Below, one piece after another: positions 9,491 through 19,659 of a stretch of DNA of 36,500 nucleotides. Numbering within the stretch: the first letter of the stretch is position 1; each line of letters opens with the position of its first letter. Position numbers and translations under genes: made by a program. This stretch comes from Chiloscyllium plagiosum (taxonomy: Eukaryota): positions 1 through 36,500 of the forward strand of contig NW_025213848.1 of NCBI RefSeq assembly GCF_004010195.1, read 5' to 3'. The notes under the pieces are model-generated. The model did not search any database, had not been told where the DNA came from, and worked only from the letters and a program-made list of their open reading frames with translations.

Positions 9491-10799
9491 CCGTTATTTC
9501 TGGATTCAAACAGAACAAAATGTGAGTTTGGTTTTACTTGAAATAAGAATAATTTGAGATTCATTCGACATACCTATGGAGGTGAAAATTGTACTGTGAT
9601 TATTTAAGTGAATTTAACGTGACCATACACTGAAAGTAACTCTGGAAATCAACAACCATAAATGAGCTCAATAATATGTGATTATTTGTAACAGTTCTTG
9701 CATTGAAAATTCAATGTTATTCAATGCTTGTCAACTGTTAGAACATGCATTGTAATCAGGGCATAAAGTAACAGAAGGATATCAGAAAAAAAAACTTTAA
9801 TTTTAGCTTCACTGCAATAACGAACCGAAACAATGTTTGGACATATGATTAAACTGGAAACTCTGTTATATAGTGTCCATATTGACATGAAAAAATATTT
9901 TTAGTTTGCAAGTTGTTCTGCTCTAGGAATAATTTGAAATGAATTGTGATTATGAATTGAACATCTAAAATTTATGTTCAAGAGAATAATCAGATATTTT
10001 TGGAGGAAATTAGGATAGAAAATAAATATGCATACATTGATATGAATAGTTTAAAAACGTTTAGAAATTGACTGGGATTATTTGATTGAGCGAGGCTGCA
10101 TGATTGTATAGATTAGTTCGCCTTTTTCATTGCATTGTTGGTTTCACTAGAATCTGTTGTGTTCTAAGCTCTTGTTGTGTGCAATGGACTGTCGCTAATA
10201 GCTTAATTTATCTGACAGATCCTGATCAGGTTTCCTTTGTGTGTAAATCAGGCGGACAGTGAGTCATACATCTGCTTTTCTTCGGGCAAGCAAAGATTCA
10301 TTTCTAAGGAAATAAGTGGCAGTTCACACTGAGAATGTGGTTTCTACACATCATCAGCAGGGAAGCGATTTTCTAAAGAATTTCAATCTGTACGTATAAT
10401 TCGATGGTATCTGTGTTTGTCGGTTTGTGGAGGATTCAGACCCCTTGTTCTGAGCTGTTTCTATGCAAGCAATTGTTTCATTATGTCTCTGCCAAGAATT
10501 TTGTTTACTTTCCCCTTTTACCATGATTCTGGGAGATTACCTTCTGCAGATTAGACTATTCTGTGAATCAGTAATTTTCAGTAACTCAACATTGAATGGT
10601 TTTGACTCTAACAGAGCAGTGGCCTTGTTTTCAGCTAATTATTCACTTTTCATTTCCTGTTTGTGTTGAATGTTACAGAAACAGGGTCTGAGCAGTGTTT
10701 CCATTCACTTGTGTTGGATTAATTGACAGCCACGTGGTCAGTCAGTTTCAGGCTGATGGATCAGTTTCTCTGTCCTGTTAGGCAATGGTCACTTGCTCA

Positions 10800-11290
10800 G
10801 TTCCCAATGTCTCTCATCATTGTCAGTCCATCAGCTGCTGCAACCTTCCATCCAGCATTTGTTTCCTCTCACCATGACTATTCTAATACAGTCCCAGCTT
10901 GTCTCCCACATTCTACCTCCATATACTCATGGTCATCTCAGATTCTCCTATCTGTGTCCCTACACCAAGTTGCGTGAGACATCTACCTCAGGTTTAACCT
11001 GATCTACATTACGTTCAGAAAGATCATTCCAAAATTTGGTTCACTGTTTTTAAATCTACCCGGGACTTCACCCTGTCCTCCCTGCGTAGTTCCACACCTC
11101 CCTGAGGTAGCCGCACTTAACCAATTCCAGCTGCATGAGACTTTCTTATTTTATTCTCCTCCCTGTTGGGTGGCTTTAGTTTAAGCTGCCTTGAACCAAA
11201 ACTTGGTAATTCTCTTCCCCAATTCCCATCAATTCTCCTCCATTCTGTAATCTCTCCTTAACATCCACCTATTTGATCAAGGTTTTGGTT
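10800..11290 (+). mobile_element. Old L2-clade LINE ORF2 C-terminal fragment
   Basis: SPSAAATFHPAFVSSHHDYSNTVPACLPHST resembles the L2 motif AETLIHAFVTSRLDYCNSLLAGLP. Confidence 0.72.
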
Positions 11291-11319
11291 TCCAATCTTA
11301 GAACTCTCTGTTTGTAGAT

Positions 11320-11640
11320 AGGTAACAGCCTCATGGTATCATTGCTGAACCATTAATATTCTGGGGACCTTGATTCAAATCCCACCACAGCAGATGTGGA
11401 ATTTGAATTCAGTGTAAATCTAGAAATATGAGGCTATTGATGACCATGAAATTATTGTCAATTGTCAGGAAAAACCCATCTGGTTCACTGATGTCCTTTA
11501 TAGAAGGAAGCTGCCATCTTTACCTGGTCTGGCCTGCATGTGACTCATGACCCACAGTAATGTGATTGACTCTTACCTACCTTAGTAAGTGCTGCCCGAG
11601 CCAGTGGCACCTACATCCAGCGAATGTATTTTAAACAAAG
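11320..11640 (+). mobile_element. Second tRNA-derived SINE family
   Basis: B-box-like gattcaaatccc (11372-11383), a roughly 300-nt body (aaaacccatctggttcactgatgtccttta...tacctggtctggcct) and an end resembling the family-B LINE tail. Confidence 0.7.
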
Positions 11641-11659
11641 CTCTCAGTCCTGGGATCAT

Positions 11660-12062
11660 GTGAGAAAAAAGCAGAAGGTGACCATTTGGCCCCCCGAGCC
11701 TGCTCCACCATTCAATAAGACCAGCCCTGATCTGTTAGTGATTTGTAATCCATCTCCCCCCAATGCCCCTTAACAAAAATCTATCAACCTGTGTCTTAAA
11801 AATATTCAGGGAGAACACCTTCTGGGGCAGAGAGTTCCAAAGTTGCACAGCCCCCTGATAGGAAACAAATCTCCTCATCTCTGTCCTGAAAGTGTAAACC
11901 GAATTTTAAAGCAGTTCCCTCTGATTCAGGAATGACTTACAAAAGGAACCAACCTTTCTACATCCTCCTTATCAAACCATTCAGGATCTTAGACACTTCA
12001 GTCATGTCACCCCTCACTCTCGCAAACTCCAGCTGAAACAAACCCAGCCTGTCCAACCTGAT
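11660..12062 (-). mobile_element. CR1-type LINE 3' end fragment
   Basis: gagcctgctccaccattcaataaga..., aaaatctatcaacc and gagttccaaag are collinear with 1555-1900. Confidence 0.7.
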
Positions 12063-12910
12063 CCGCATTTTAGTTCTGTCACGCCGGATATGAGTGGAGT
12101 TGAAAGGTTGTGTTTATGATGCAGTGAATGTATTGCTTCACTGTGTGGGGTCCACAAGGCAATGTGAGCCATACTAGCTTTGCTGCCTCACTGTATTACA
12201 TATATCTTACATCCCTGTGGATTTTCCACGCTTCCCTCCGTTGTCTAATGAAAAACAAGGAGAAAGAGATTGAGAAAAGTTGTTAGTTAAGTTGTTGTCA
12301 CCTAGAAGGTACTTGGTCTGTTTGTAAAGATTACATTAGAATTGAAATAACCAGTTAGTTAATATTATTGACAAAATATTACCAACAATTTATCAAAGAC
12401 TGAGGCCAGGCTTATCAGTTGATAACGTCTTTTACCGTGCACCCTTCTTATACTGGTGTGTTATATAAGCAATTTTCCTGTCCTCTGGGACGCGCCCTGA
12501 CTCTAGTGATTCCTGAAAGCTCACAACTAAAGCCACCACTATCTCTCCAGCTATTGCCTTCAGAAATCTGGGGAGTAGTACATCTGGTCCAGTTGTTTTA
12601 TCTATTTTCAGAACTTTCAGTTTTATGGCATCTTTTCCTTGGTGATGGCCACCGTACTCATCTCTGTCCCCTTGATTCTCGTGAAGTTTTGGGATAATTC
12701 TCGTGTCTTTCACCGTGAAGACTGATGCAAAGTATTTATTCAGTTCTTAAGCCATTTCTTTGTTCGCCGTGATTACTCTTCCAGCCTCATTTTCCAGCGG
12801 CCCAATGTCCACTTTTAGGAGAAAGTGAGGTCTGCAGATGCTGGAGATCAGAGCCGGAGATGTGTTGCTGGAAAAGCGCAGCAGGTCAGGCAGCATCCAG
12901 GGAACAGGAG

Positions 12911-12946
12911 AATCGACGTTTCGGGCATAAGCCCTTCTTCAGGAAT
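12911..12946 (-). ncRNA. Minimal type I hammerhead ribozyme motif (PLE-associated)
   Basis: Minus strand reads ATTC-CTGAAGA-A-GGGC-TTAT-GCCC-GAAA-CGTC-GATT, with a perfect stem II, palindromic ACGT and a GUC cleavage triplet. Confidence 0.75.
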
Positions 12947-13035
12947 GAGGAAAGTTTGTCCAGCAGGCTAAGATAAAAGGTAGGGAGGAGGGACTTGGGG
13001 GAGGGGCGTCAGAAATGTGATAGGTGGAAAGAGGT

Positions 13036-13673
13036 NNNNNNNNNNNNNNNNNNNNNNNNNNNNNNNNNNNNNNNNNNNNNNNNNNNNNNNNNNNNNNNNN
13101 NNNNNNNNNNNNNNNNNNNNNNNNNNNNNNNNNNNNNNNNNNNNNNNNNNNNNNNNNNNNNNNNNNNNNNNNNNNNNNNNNNNNNNNNNNNNNNNNNNNN
13201 NNNNNNNNNNNNNNNNNNNNNNNNNNNNNNNNNNNNNNNNNNNNNNNNNNNNNNNNNNNNNNNNNNNNNNNNNNNNNNNNNNNNNNNNNNNNNNNNNNNN
13301 NNNNNNNNNNNNNNNNNNNNNNNNNNNNNNNNNNNNNNNNNNNNNNNNNNNNNNNNNNNNNNNNNNNNNNNNNNNNNNNNNNNNNNNNNNNNNNNNNNNN
13401 NNNNNNNNNNNNNNNNNNNNNNNNNNNNNNNNNNNNNNNNNNNNNNNNNNNNNNNNNNNNNNNNNNNNNNNNNNNNNNNNNNNNNNNNNNNNNNNNNNNN
13501 NNNNNNNNNNNNNNNNNNNNNNNNNNNNNNNNNNNNNNNNNNNNNNNNNNNNNNNNNNNNNNNNNNNNNNNNNNNNNNNNNNNNNNNNNNNNNNNNNNNN
13601 NNNNNNNNNNNNNNNNNNNNNNNNNNNNNNNNNNNNNNNNNNNNNNNNNNNNNNNNNNNNNNNNNNNNNNNNN
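13036..13673. other. Assembly gap
   Basis: Run of N. Confidence 1.
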
Positions 13674-14334
13674 GCAGATGCGGCGGGGTCGAAGGAATTG
13701 GGAGAATGGGATGGCGTTTTTGCAGGGGGCAGGATGGGAGGAGGTGTAGTCCAGGTAGCTGTGGGAGTCGGTCGGTTTGTAGTAGATGTCCGTGTTGATT
13801 CGGTCGCCTGAGATAGAAATAGAAAGGTCGAGGAAGGGGAGGGAGAAATCTGAGACTGTCCAGGTGAATTTGAGGTCGGGGTGGAAGGTGTTGGTGAAGT
13901 GGATGAACAGTTACCTCATTGCACAACACCAGATCCGGTATTGGTTGTTCCCTAGTGGGCTCCAGAAGCTGCTCTGAAAAGCAATCTTCTAGAAATTCCA
14001 CAAATTAATTGTCTTGCAATCTACTGTCAACCTGATTTTCTCAGTCCCCTTGCATATTGGATTCCCCCGATCACTCTAACCATGCCGTTTTTACACGCTT
14101 TTCCAATCGCCTCATGTATATTATGCCCCAAGTCTTGAATATTGTTTGGAGGTCTCGAGATAGCGCCCATTGTGGTGTTTTTACCTTTGCGAATCTGCAT
14201 TATCTGACTACACTTCAATAATTGCTATTAATTTAACTTCTTTTCTTACTCATCAGGCAAACCCAGCTATTCTTACCCCACCTATCTTTTCATTTGGATA
14301 TACGTCTTTGAATATTTAGCTCCCAGAAAGCTTC

Positions 14335-15127
14335 AGACTTATCTTTTGCACTGATGTGCTAGGCTTTTCCATCATTGTCGATGAGAATACTGGTGGAGCC
14401 TCCTCTTCCAGTGAGTTGTTAAATTGTCCTCCACCATTCTCGACTGGATGTGGCAGGAATGCAGTGCTTAGATCTGATCTGTTGGTCACTGCATCACTTA
14501 GCTCTATTACTTGTTGCTTATCCTGTTTGGCATGCAAGGTTGCTGTTTGGTCGCTTCACCAGATTGGCACCTCATTTTTAGGTATGTCTGGTGCTGCTCT
14601 TGGCATGCCCTCCTGCATTCTCCATTGAATCAGGATTGACCCCTTGACTTCATGGTCATAGTTGCGAGGGGCATATGTCATGCCATGAGGTTACAAATTG
14701 TGCTAGTGCACAGTTCTGCTGCTACTGGGGGCGTAGCGCCTCATGGACACCCTGTCTTGAGCTGCTAGATCGGTTCAAAGTCTGTCCCATTTAGCACGGT
14801 CATAGTGCCATACAACACGATGGAGGTTATTCTCAATTTGAAAGTGGGACTTGTTTCCACAAGGTCTGTGCAGTAGTCGCTCTTACTGGTACCGTCATGG
14901 ATCGATGCACCTGCAGCTAGCAGATTGGTAAGGATGAGCTCAAGTATGTTTTTCCCTCTCGTTGATTCTCTCACCAACGACTGCAGACTCAGCCTCACAG
15001 CTATGTCCTTTAGGACCCAACCAACTCCGTCAGTAGTACTATTGCCGAGCCACTCTTGATGGTGAACATTGAAATCCTCAACACAGAGTACATTTTGTGG
15101 CCTTGCCATCCTCAGTGATTCCTTCAA
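14335..15127 (-). mobile_element. LINE family B (CR1/Jockey group) endonuclease and linker fragment, left-arm copy
   Basis: ORF 14765-15127 has NVLCVEDFNVHHQEWLG, STRGKNILELILTN and TSKSDY, which are APE motifs. Confidence 0.82.
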
Positions 15128-16000
15128 ATTTTTTTTTTAAATTCATTTGTGTGACTTGGGCATCGCTGGTTGGTAAGAATTAATAGTCCATCACTATTTG
15201 CCTTTGAGAATGTGGTGCTGAACTGCCTACTTGAATCACTACAGTCCACTTGCTGTGGGCTTTTGACCCACAATGCCATTAGGGAGGGAATTCCAGGATT
15301 TTGACCCAACGACTGTGACGGAACGAATATATATTGCCAAGGCAAGGTGGTCAGTGGCTTGGAGGGAATCTTGTAGGTGGTGATGTTTCGAAGTACCTAG
15401 TGCCCTTGTCCTTCTGGATGGAATTGATCGTGGGTTTGGAAGGTGCTGTCGAAGATGCTTTGGTGAATTTCTGCAGAGCATCATGTCGATAGTATCTACT
15501 GCTGCCACTGATCGCCGACAGTGGAGGGATTGAATATTTGTAGATGGAGTGCCAATCAAACAGGTTTCTTTTACCTGGATTCTGTCAAGCATCTTGAGTG
15601 TCGTTGGGGTTGCCCCCATCCAGTCAAGTGGAGAGTTTACTTGTCCACCACAATTCACAACTGAATGTGGAAGGACTGCAGTTCTGCATTGCTTGTGGGA
15701 TTGCTTAGCCCTGTCTAGCACTTCCTGTTTATGCCGTTTCGCACGCAATTAGTTCTGTTTGGTATCTTCACTAGGTTGACACCTCATTTTTTGATATGCC
15801 TGATGCTGCTTCTGGCATTCCCTCATGCAGTCTGCATTGAACCAGAGTTGATACCCTGGCTTGATGGTCGTGGTTCAGTGGAGATATGCCAGGCCATGGG
15901 GGTGCTGGAGTACAGTTCTGCTGCTGTTGATGTCCCAAAGCGCCGCACTGATGCCCAGTCTTGTGCTGCTAGAACGGTTTGAAGTCTGTCCCATTTTACA
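15128..16000 (-). mobile_element. LINE family B, 3' end with A-rich tail plus linker; internal RT deleted in this arm
   Basis: ORF 15239-15748 has SPLDWMGATPTTLKMLDRIQ..LI, SLHCRRSVAA and KSWNSLP. The T run at 15128-15138 is the tail. Confidence 0.82.
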
Positions 16001-16500
16001 NNNNNNNNNNNNNNNNNNNNNNNNNNNNNNNNNNNNNNNNNNNNNNNNNNNNNNNNNNNNNNNNNNNNNNNNNNNNNNNNNNNNNNNNNNNNNNNNNNNN
16101 NNNNNNNNNNNNNNNNNNNNNNNNNNNNNNNNNNNNNNNNNNNNNNNNNNNNNNNNNNNNNNNNNNNNNNNNNNNNNNNNNNNNNNNNNNNNNNNNNNNN
16201 NNNNNNNNNNNNNNNNNNNNNNNNNNNNNNNNNNNNNNNNNNNNNNNNNNNNNNNNNNNNNNNNNNNNNNNNNNNNNNNNNNNNNNNNNNNNNNNNNNNN
16301 NNNNNNNNNNNNNNNNNNNNNNNNNNNNNNNNNNNNNNNNNNNNNNNNNNNNNNNNNNNNNNNNNNNNNNNNNNNNNNNNNNNNNNNNNNNNNNNNNNNN
16401 NNNNNNNNNNNNNNNNNNNNNNNNNNNNNNNNNNNNNNNNNNNNNNNNNNNNNNNNNNNNNNNNNNNNNNNNNNNNNNNNNNNNNNNNNNNNNNNNNNNN
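16001..16500. other. Assembly gap that hides the inner end of the left arm
   Basis: Run of N. Confidence 1.
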
Positions 16501-17650
16501 CTGAAAATATTGAAAAACTTTGGGATAGATAAGTCTCCTGGGCCAGAAGGAATGACACTAAGGTGTAAATCATGTCTGACAAATTGATTGAGTTTTTTGA
16601 AGAAGTAACAAAGAAGGTTGATGAGGTCAGAGCAGGAGATGTGATCTATATGAACTTCAGTAAAGTGTTCGACAAAGTTCCCCATGGGAAACTGATTAGC
16701 AAGGTTAGATCTCATAGAATACAGGGAGAACAAGCATTTGGATACAAAACTGGCTCAAAGGTAGAAGACAGAGGGTGGTGGTGGTGGAGGGTTGTTTTTC
16801 AGACTGGAGGCCTGTGACCAGTGGAGTGCGACAAGGATCGATGCTGGGTCCTCTACATTTTGTCATTCACATAAATGATTTTGATGCGAGCATAAGAGGT
16901 ACACTTAGTAAGTATGCAGATGACACCAACATTGGAGGTGTAGTGGACAGTGAAGAGGTTTACCTCAGATTACAACAGGATCTGGACCAGATGGGCCAAT
17001 GGGCTGAGAAGTGGCAGATGGAGTTTAATTCAGATAAGTGCGAGGTGCTGCATTTTGTGAAAGCAAATCTTAGCAGGACTTAAACACTTATTGGTAAGTT
17101 CTGAGGGAGCGTTGCTGAACAAAGAGACCTTGGAGTGCAGGTTCTTAGCTCCTTGCAAGTGGAGTCTCAGGTCGATAGGATAGTGAAGAAGGCGTTTGGT
17201 ATGCTTTCCTTTATTGGTCAGAGTATTGAGTACAGGAGTTGGGAGGTCATGTTGCGGCTGTACAGGACATTGGTTAGGCCACTGNNNNNNNNNNNNNNNN
17301 NNNNNNNNNNNNNNNNNNNNNNNNNNNNNNNNNNNNNNNNNNNNNNNNNNNNNNNNNNNNNNNNGTTTAGGGTGAGAGGGGAATGATATAAAAGAGACCT
17401 AAGGGTCAACGTTTTCACGCGGAGGGTGGGACGTGTATGGAATGAGCTGCCAGAGGATGTGGTAGAGGCTGGTACAATTGCAACATTTAAGAGGCATTTG
17501 GATGGGTATATGAATACGAAGGGGTTGCAGGGATATGGGCCAGGTACTGGCAGGTGGGTCTAGATTGGGTTGGGATATCTGGTCGGCATGGATGTGTTGG
17601 ACCGAACGGTCTGTTTCCATTCTGTACATCTCTGTGACTCTGTGACTCTA
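16501..17650 (+). mobile_element. CR1-type LINE, RT to 3' end (includes N gap 17285-17364)
   Basis: MNFSKVFDKVPHG, GVRQGSMLGP and KYADD motifs, ending in a (ctctgtga)n tail at about 17630-17650. Confidence 0.9.
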
Positions 17651-17654
17651 TTGT

Positions 17655-19100
17655 AATGGGAAGCGAGGGAAGGGATTGCTGTGCCTTTCACAATGATCTT
17701 TGCATCCTCACTGTCCACTGGAGTCATACCAGATTGTTTAAAACATTATTCCCTTGTTCAAGAAAGGGATTGGGAATAATCCTGGAAATTATAGACAAGT
17801 CAGTCTTGCATCAGATGTGGGCAAATTATTGGAGAGGATTCTGAAAGACGGGATTTATGATTATTTGGAAAAGCATAGCTTGATTAGAGATAGTCAGCAT
17901 GGATTTGTGAGGGGCAGATTATGCCTCACAAACCTTGATGAATTCTTTGAAGATGTGACAAAACACATTGAAGGCAGAGCAGTGGATGTTCTGATTATGG
18001 GTTTTAGCAAGTTGTTTGATATGGTTCCCACGGTAGGTTCATTGAGAAATAAAGGAGACATGGGTAATAGGGAAACCTGTCTGTCCAGATAATAAATTGG
18101 TTGGCCCATAGATGACAGAGTGACAGTAGATGTAAACTATTCAGTTTGGAGGATGGTGACAAGTGGTGTTTTTTTCAGGGACCTCTGCTCTTTGTGATTT
18201 TTATAGATAACTTGGATGAGGAAGTGGAAGTGTGGGTTAGTAAGTTTGCCGATGACACGAAGGTTCGTGGAGTGTTGGATCGTGTGTAAGGCTGTTGAAG
18301 GTTGCAATGGCACATTGACAGGATGCAGAGTTGGGCTGCGAAATGGCGGATCGTGTGCCACCTGGGAAAGTGAGCGTGATTCCTTTTGGAATTTCAAATT
18401 TGAGTGCAGAATACAAGGTTAAAGGCAGGATTCTTGGCAGTGTGGAGGAACAAAGGGACATTGGGTACCATATCCTTAGTGCCCTCAAAATTTCCACTCA
18501 TGATGATAGGGTTGTCAAGAAGGTGTAAGGTGTGTCCGCTTTCATGAGTTGGGTGATTGAGTTTAGAAACCATGAGGTTATGCCACAGTTCTATAGGGCC
18601 CTGATTAGACCACACTTGGAATATTGCGTTCAGTTCTGGTCACCTCATTTTGGGACGGATCTGGAAGCTTTTGAAAGGGTACAGAGGATATTTTCCAAGA
18701 TGCTGCCAGGACTGCAGTGCAGATCCTATGAAGAAAGGTTGAGGGAGCTCGTCCTTTCTCATTGGAGTGAAAGAGGATGAGAGGTGACTTGATATCGATG
18801 TACAAGATAATGAGAGGCATAGATAGAGTGGATAACCAGACATTTTTTCCAAGGATGGATGTGCTGATCACAAAAGTTAATTATCAGGTAAATGGAGAAC
18901 GTTTTAGGGGAGATGTCAGAGGTAGTTTCTTTACAGATAGTGATGGGTGCACGGAATGCCCTGCCAGTGGTAGTCGGAGAGTCAGATCCATCAGGGACTT
19001 CTTAGCGACTTTTGGATAGGCACATGGATAATTGTAAAATGAAGGGTATGGAGGTTAGTTTAATCTTAGAGTAGGATAAAAGGGCCTATGCTGTGCTGAA
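17655..19100 (+). mobile_element. CR1-type LINE, RT to 3' end (second copy)
   Basis: NPGNYRQVSL, DSQHGFVRGR, aagtttgccgatgac (KFADD at about 18242), PHLEYCVQFWSPH and MRGDLI motifs. Confidence 0.9.
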
Positions 19101-19659
19101 TTCTCTAAATCCTATGTACTTAAATGAACATTTATTATATAATAGCAACAAAGAGATTTTCAAACTTCTATTAGGGCACTTCAGAATAATGAGAAATCTA
19201 AAATTGCAATGTGACTGTGACATGTGCAGAAATGAACAGGAATTGTTGCAGGAAAAATTACGGTTTTCTAATTTCAAAAGGCTGAGATTACAGCGATCAT
19301 TCAAATGACCAAAAATCAGGTTTTTACAATGCATCAGAAATGATTGATTCTTTTGGAGGTGTGTTAATCTGAAATAAAATACATTTTTATCTTACTGTAT
19401 TGGTACAAGGAAACAATGGATTAAATTCAAATATGAACCCACTGTACTTGTTAGCAAGATTTAGTTAAAGCATTGTGTAATAATTGTTATGCCAATGATT
19501 TAATAATTGCTGTTAGAATCTTGGAAAAAGAATATATTGTACTATTTGTCTTACCAGTCAATAAATTAAATTAAAATGTCAACCTCAGTATACTTGTCAT
19601 CCAGACTGATTTAAATTATTAGGCAATTATTGTGATGGTAATCACTTGATAACTGATGC

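Larger units (their letters stand above)
12817..13909 (-). mobile_element. Penelope-like retroelement, 5'-truncated (RT C-terminus to pLTR), spanning an N gap; left arm only
   Basis: 13674-13910 on the minus strand translates without stops as LFIHFTNTFHPDLKFTWTVSDFSLPFLDLSISISGDRINTDIYYKPTDSHSYLDYTSSHPAPCKNAIPFSQFLRPRRIC, a PLE-type RT thumb region. The terminal segment 12817-13035 carries a hammerhead. Continuity across the gap is assumed. Confidence 0.88.
12380..14320 (-). mobile_element. Decayed CR1 ORF2 (endonuclease to RT start), interrupted by the PLE at 12817-13909
   Basis: ORF 12432-12713 has SFQESLESGRVPEDRKIA. ORF 13009-14001 starts EFLEDCFSEQLLEPTREQPIPDLVLCNE. ORF 14027-14218 has GAISRPPN. 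Confidence 0.85.
8236..16000. repeat. Left arm of a large inverted duplication, pairing with 19858-28235
   Basis: ttctctgactgtcccagtctccctgcaatgtagct (8236) is the reverse complement of 28201-28235. gaagtctgtcccatttt (15981) pairs with 19861-19877. Matches are collinear throughout, and mirrored ORFs such as 10723-10977(+) and 25433-25888(-) agree. Confidence 0.97.

Noticed and set aside
12995..14001. Long ORFs spanning N runs (also 15861-16733 and 27947-29074)
   Set aside because: They are artefacts of translating gaps. Only the flanking real residues were used.
14335..16000. Apparent direct repeats within each arm (for example 14590-14800 versus 15790-16000)
   Set aside because: They are explained by two diverged copies of the same LINE family lying next to each other.
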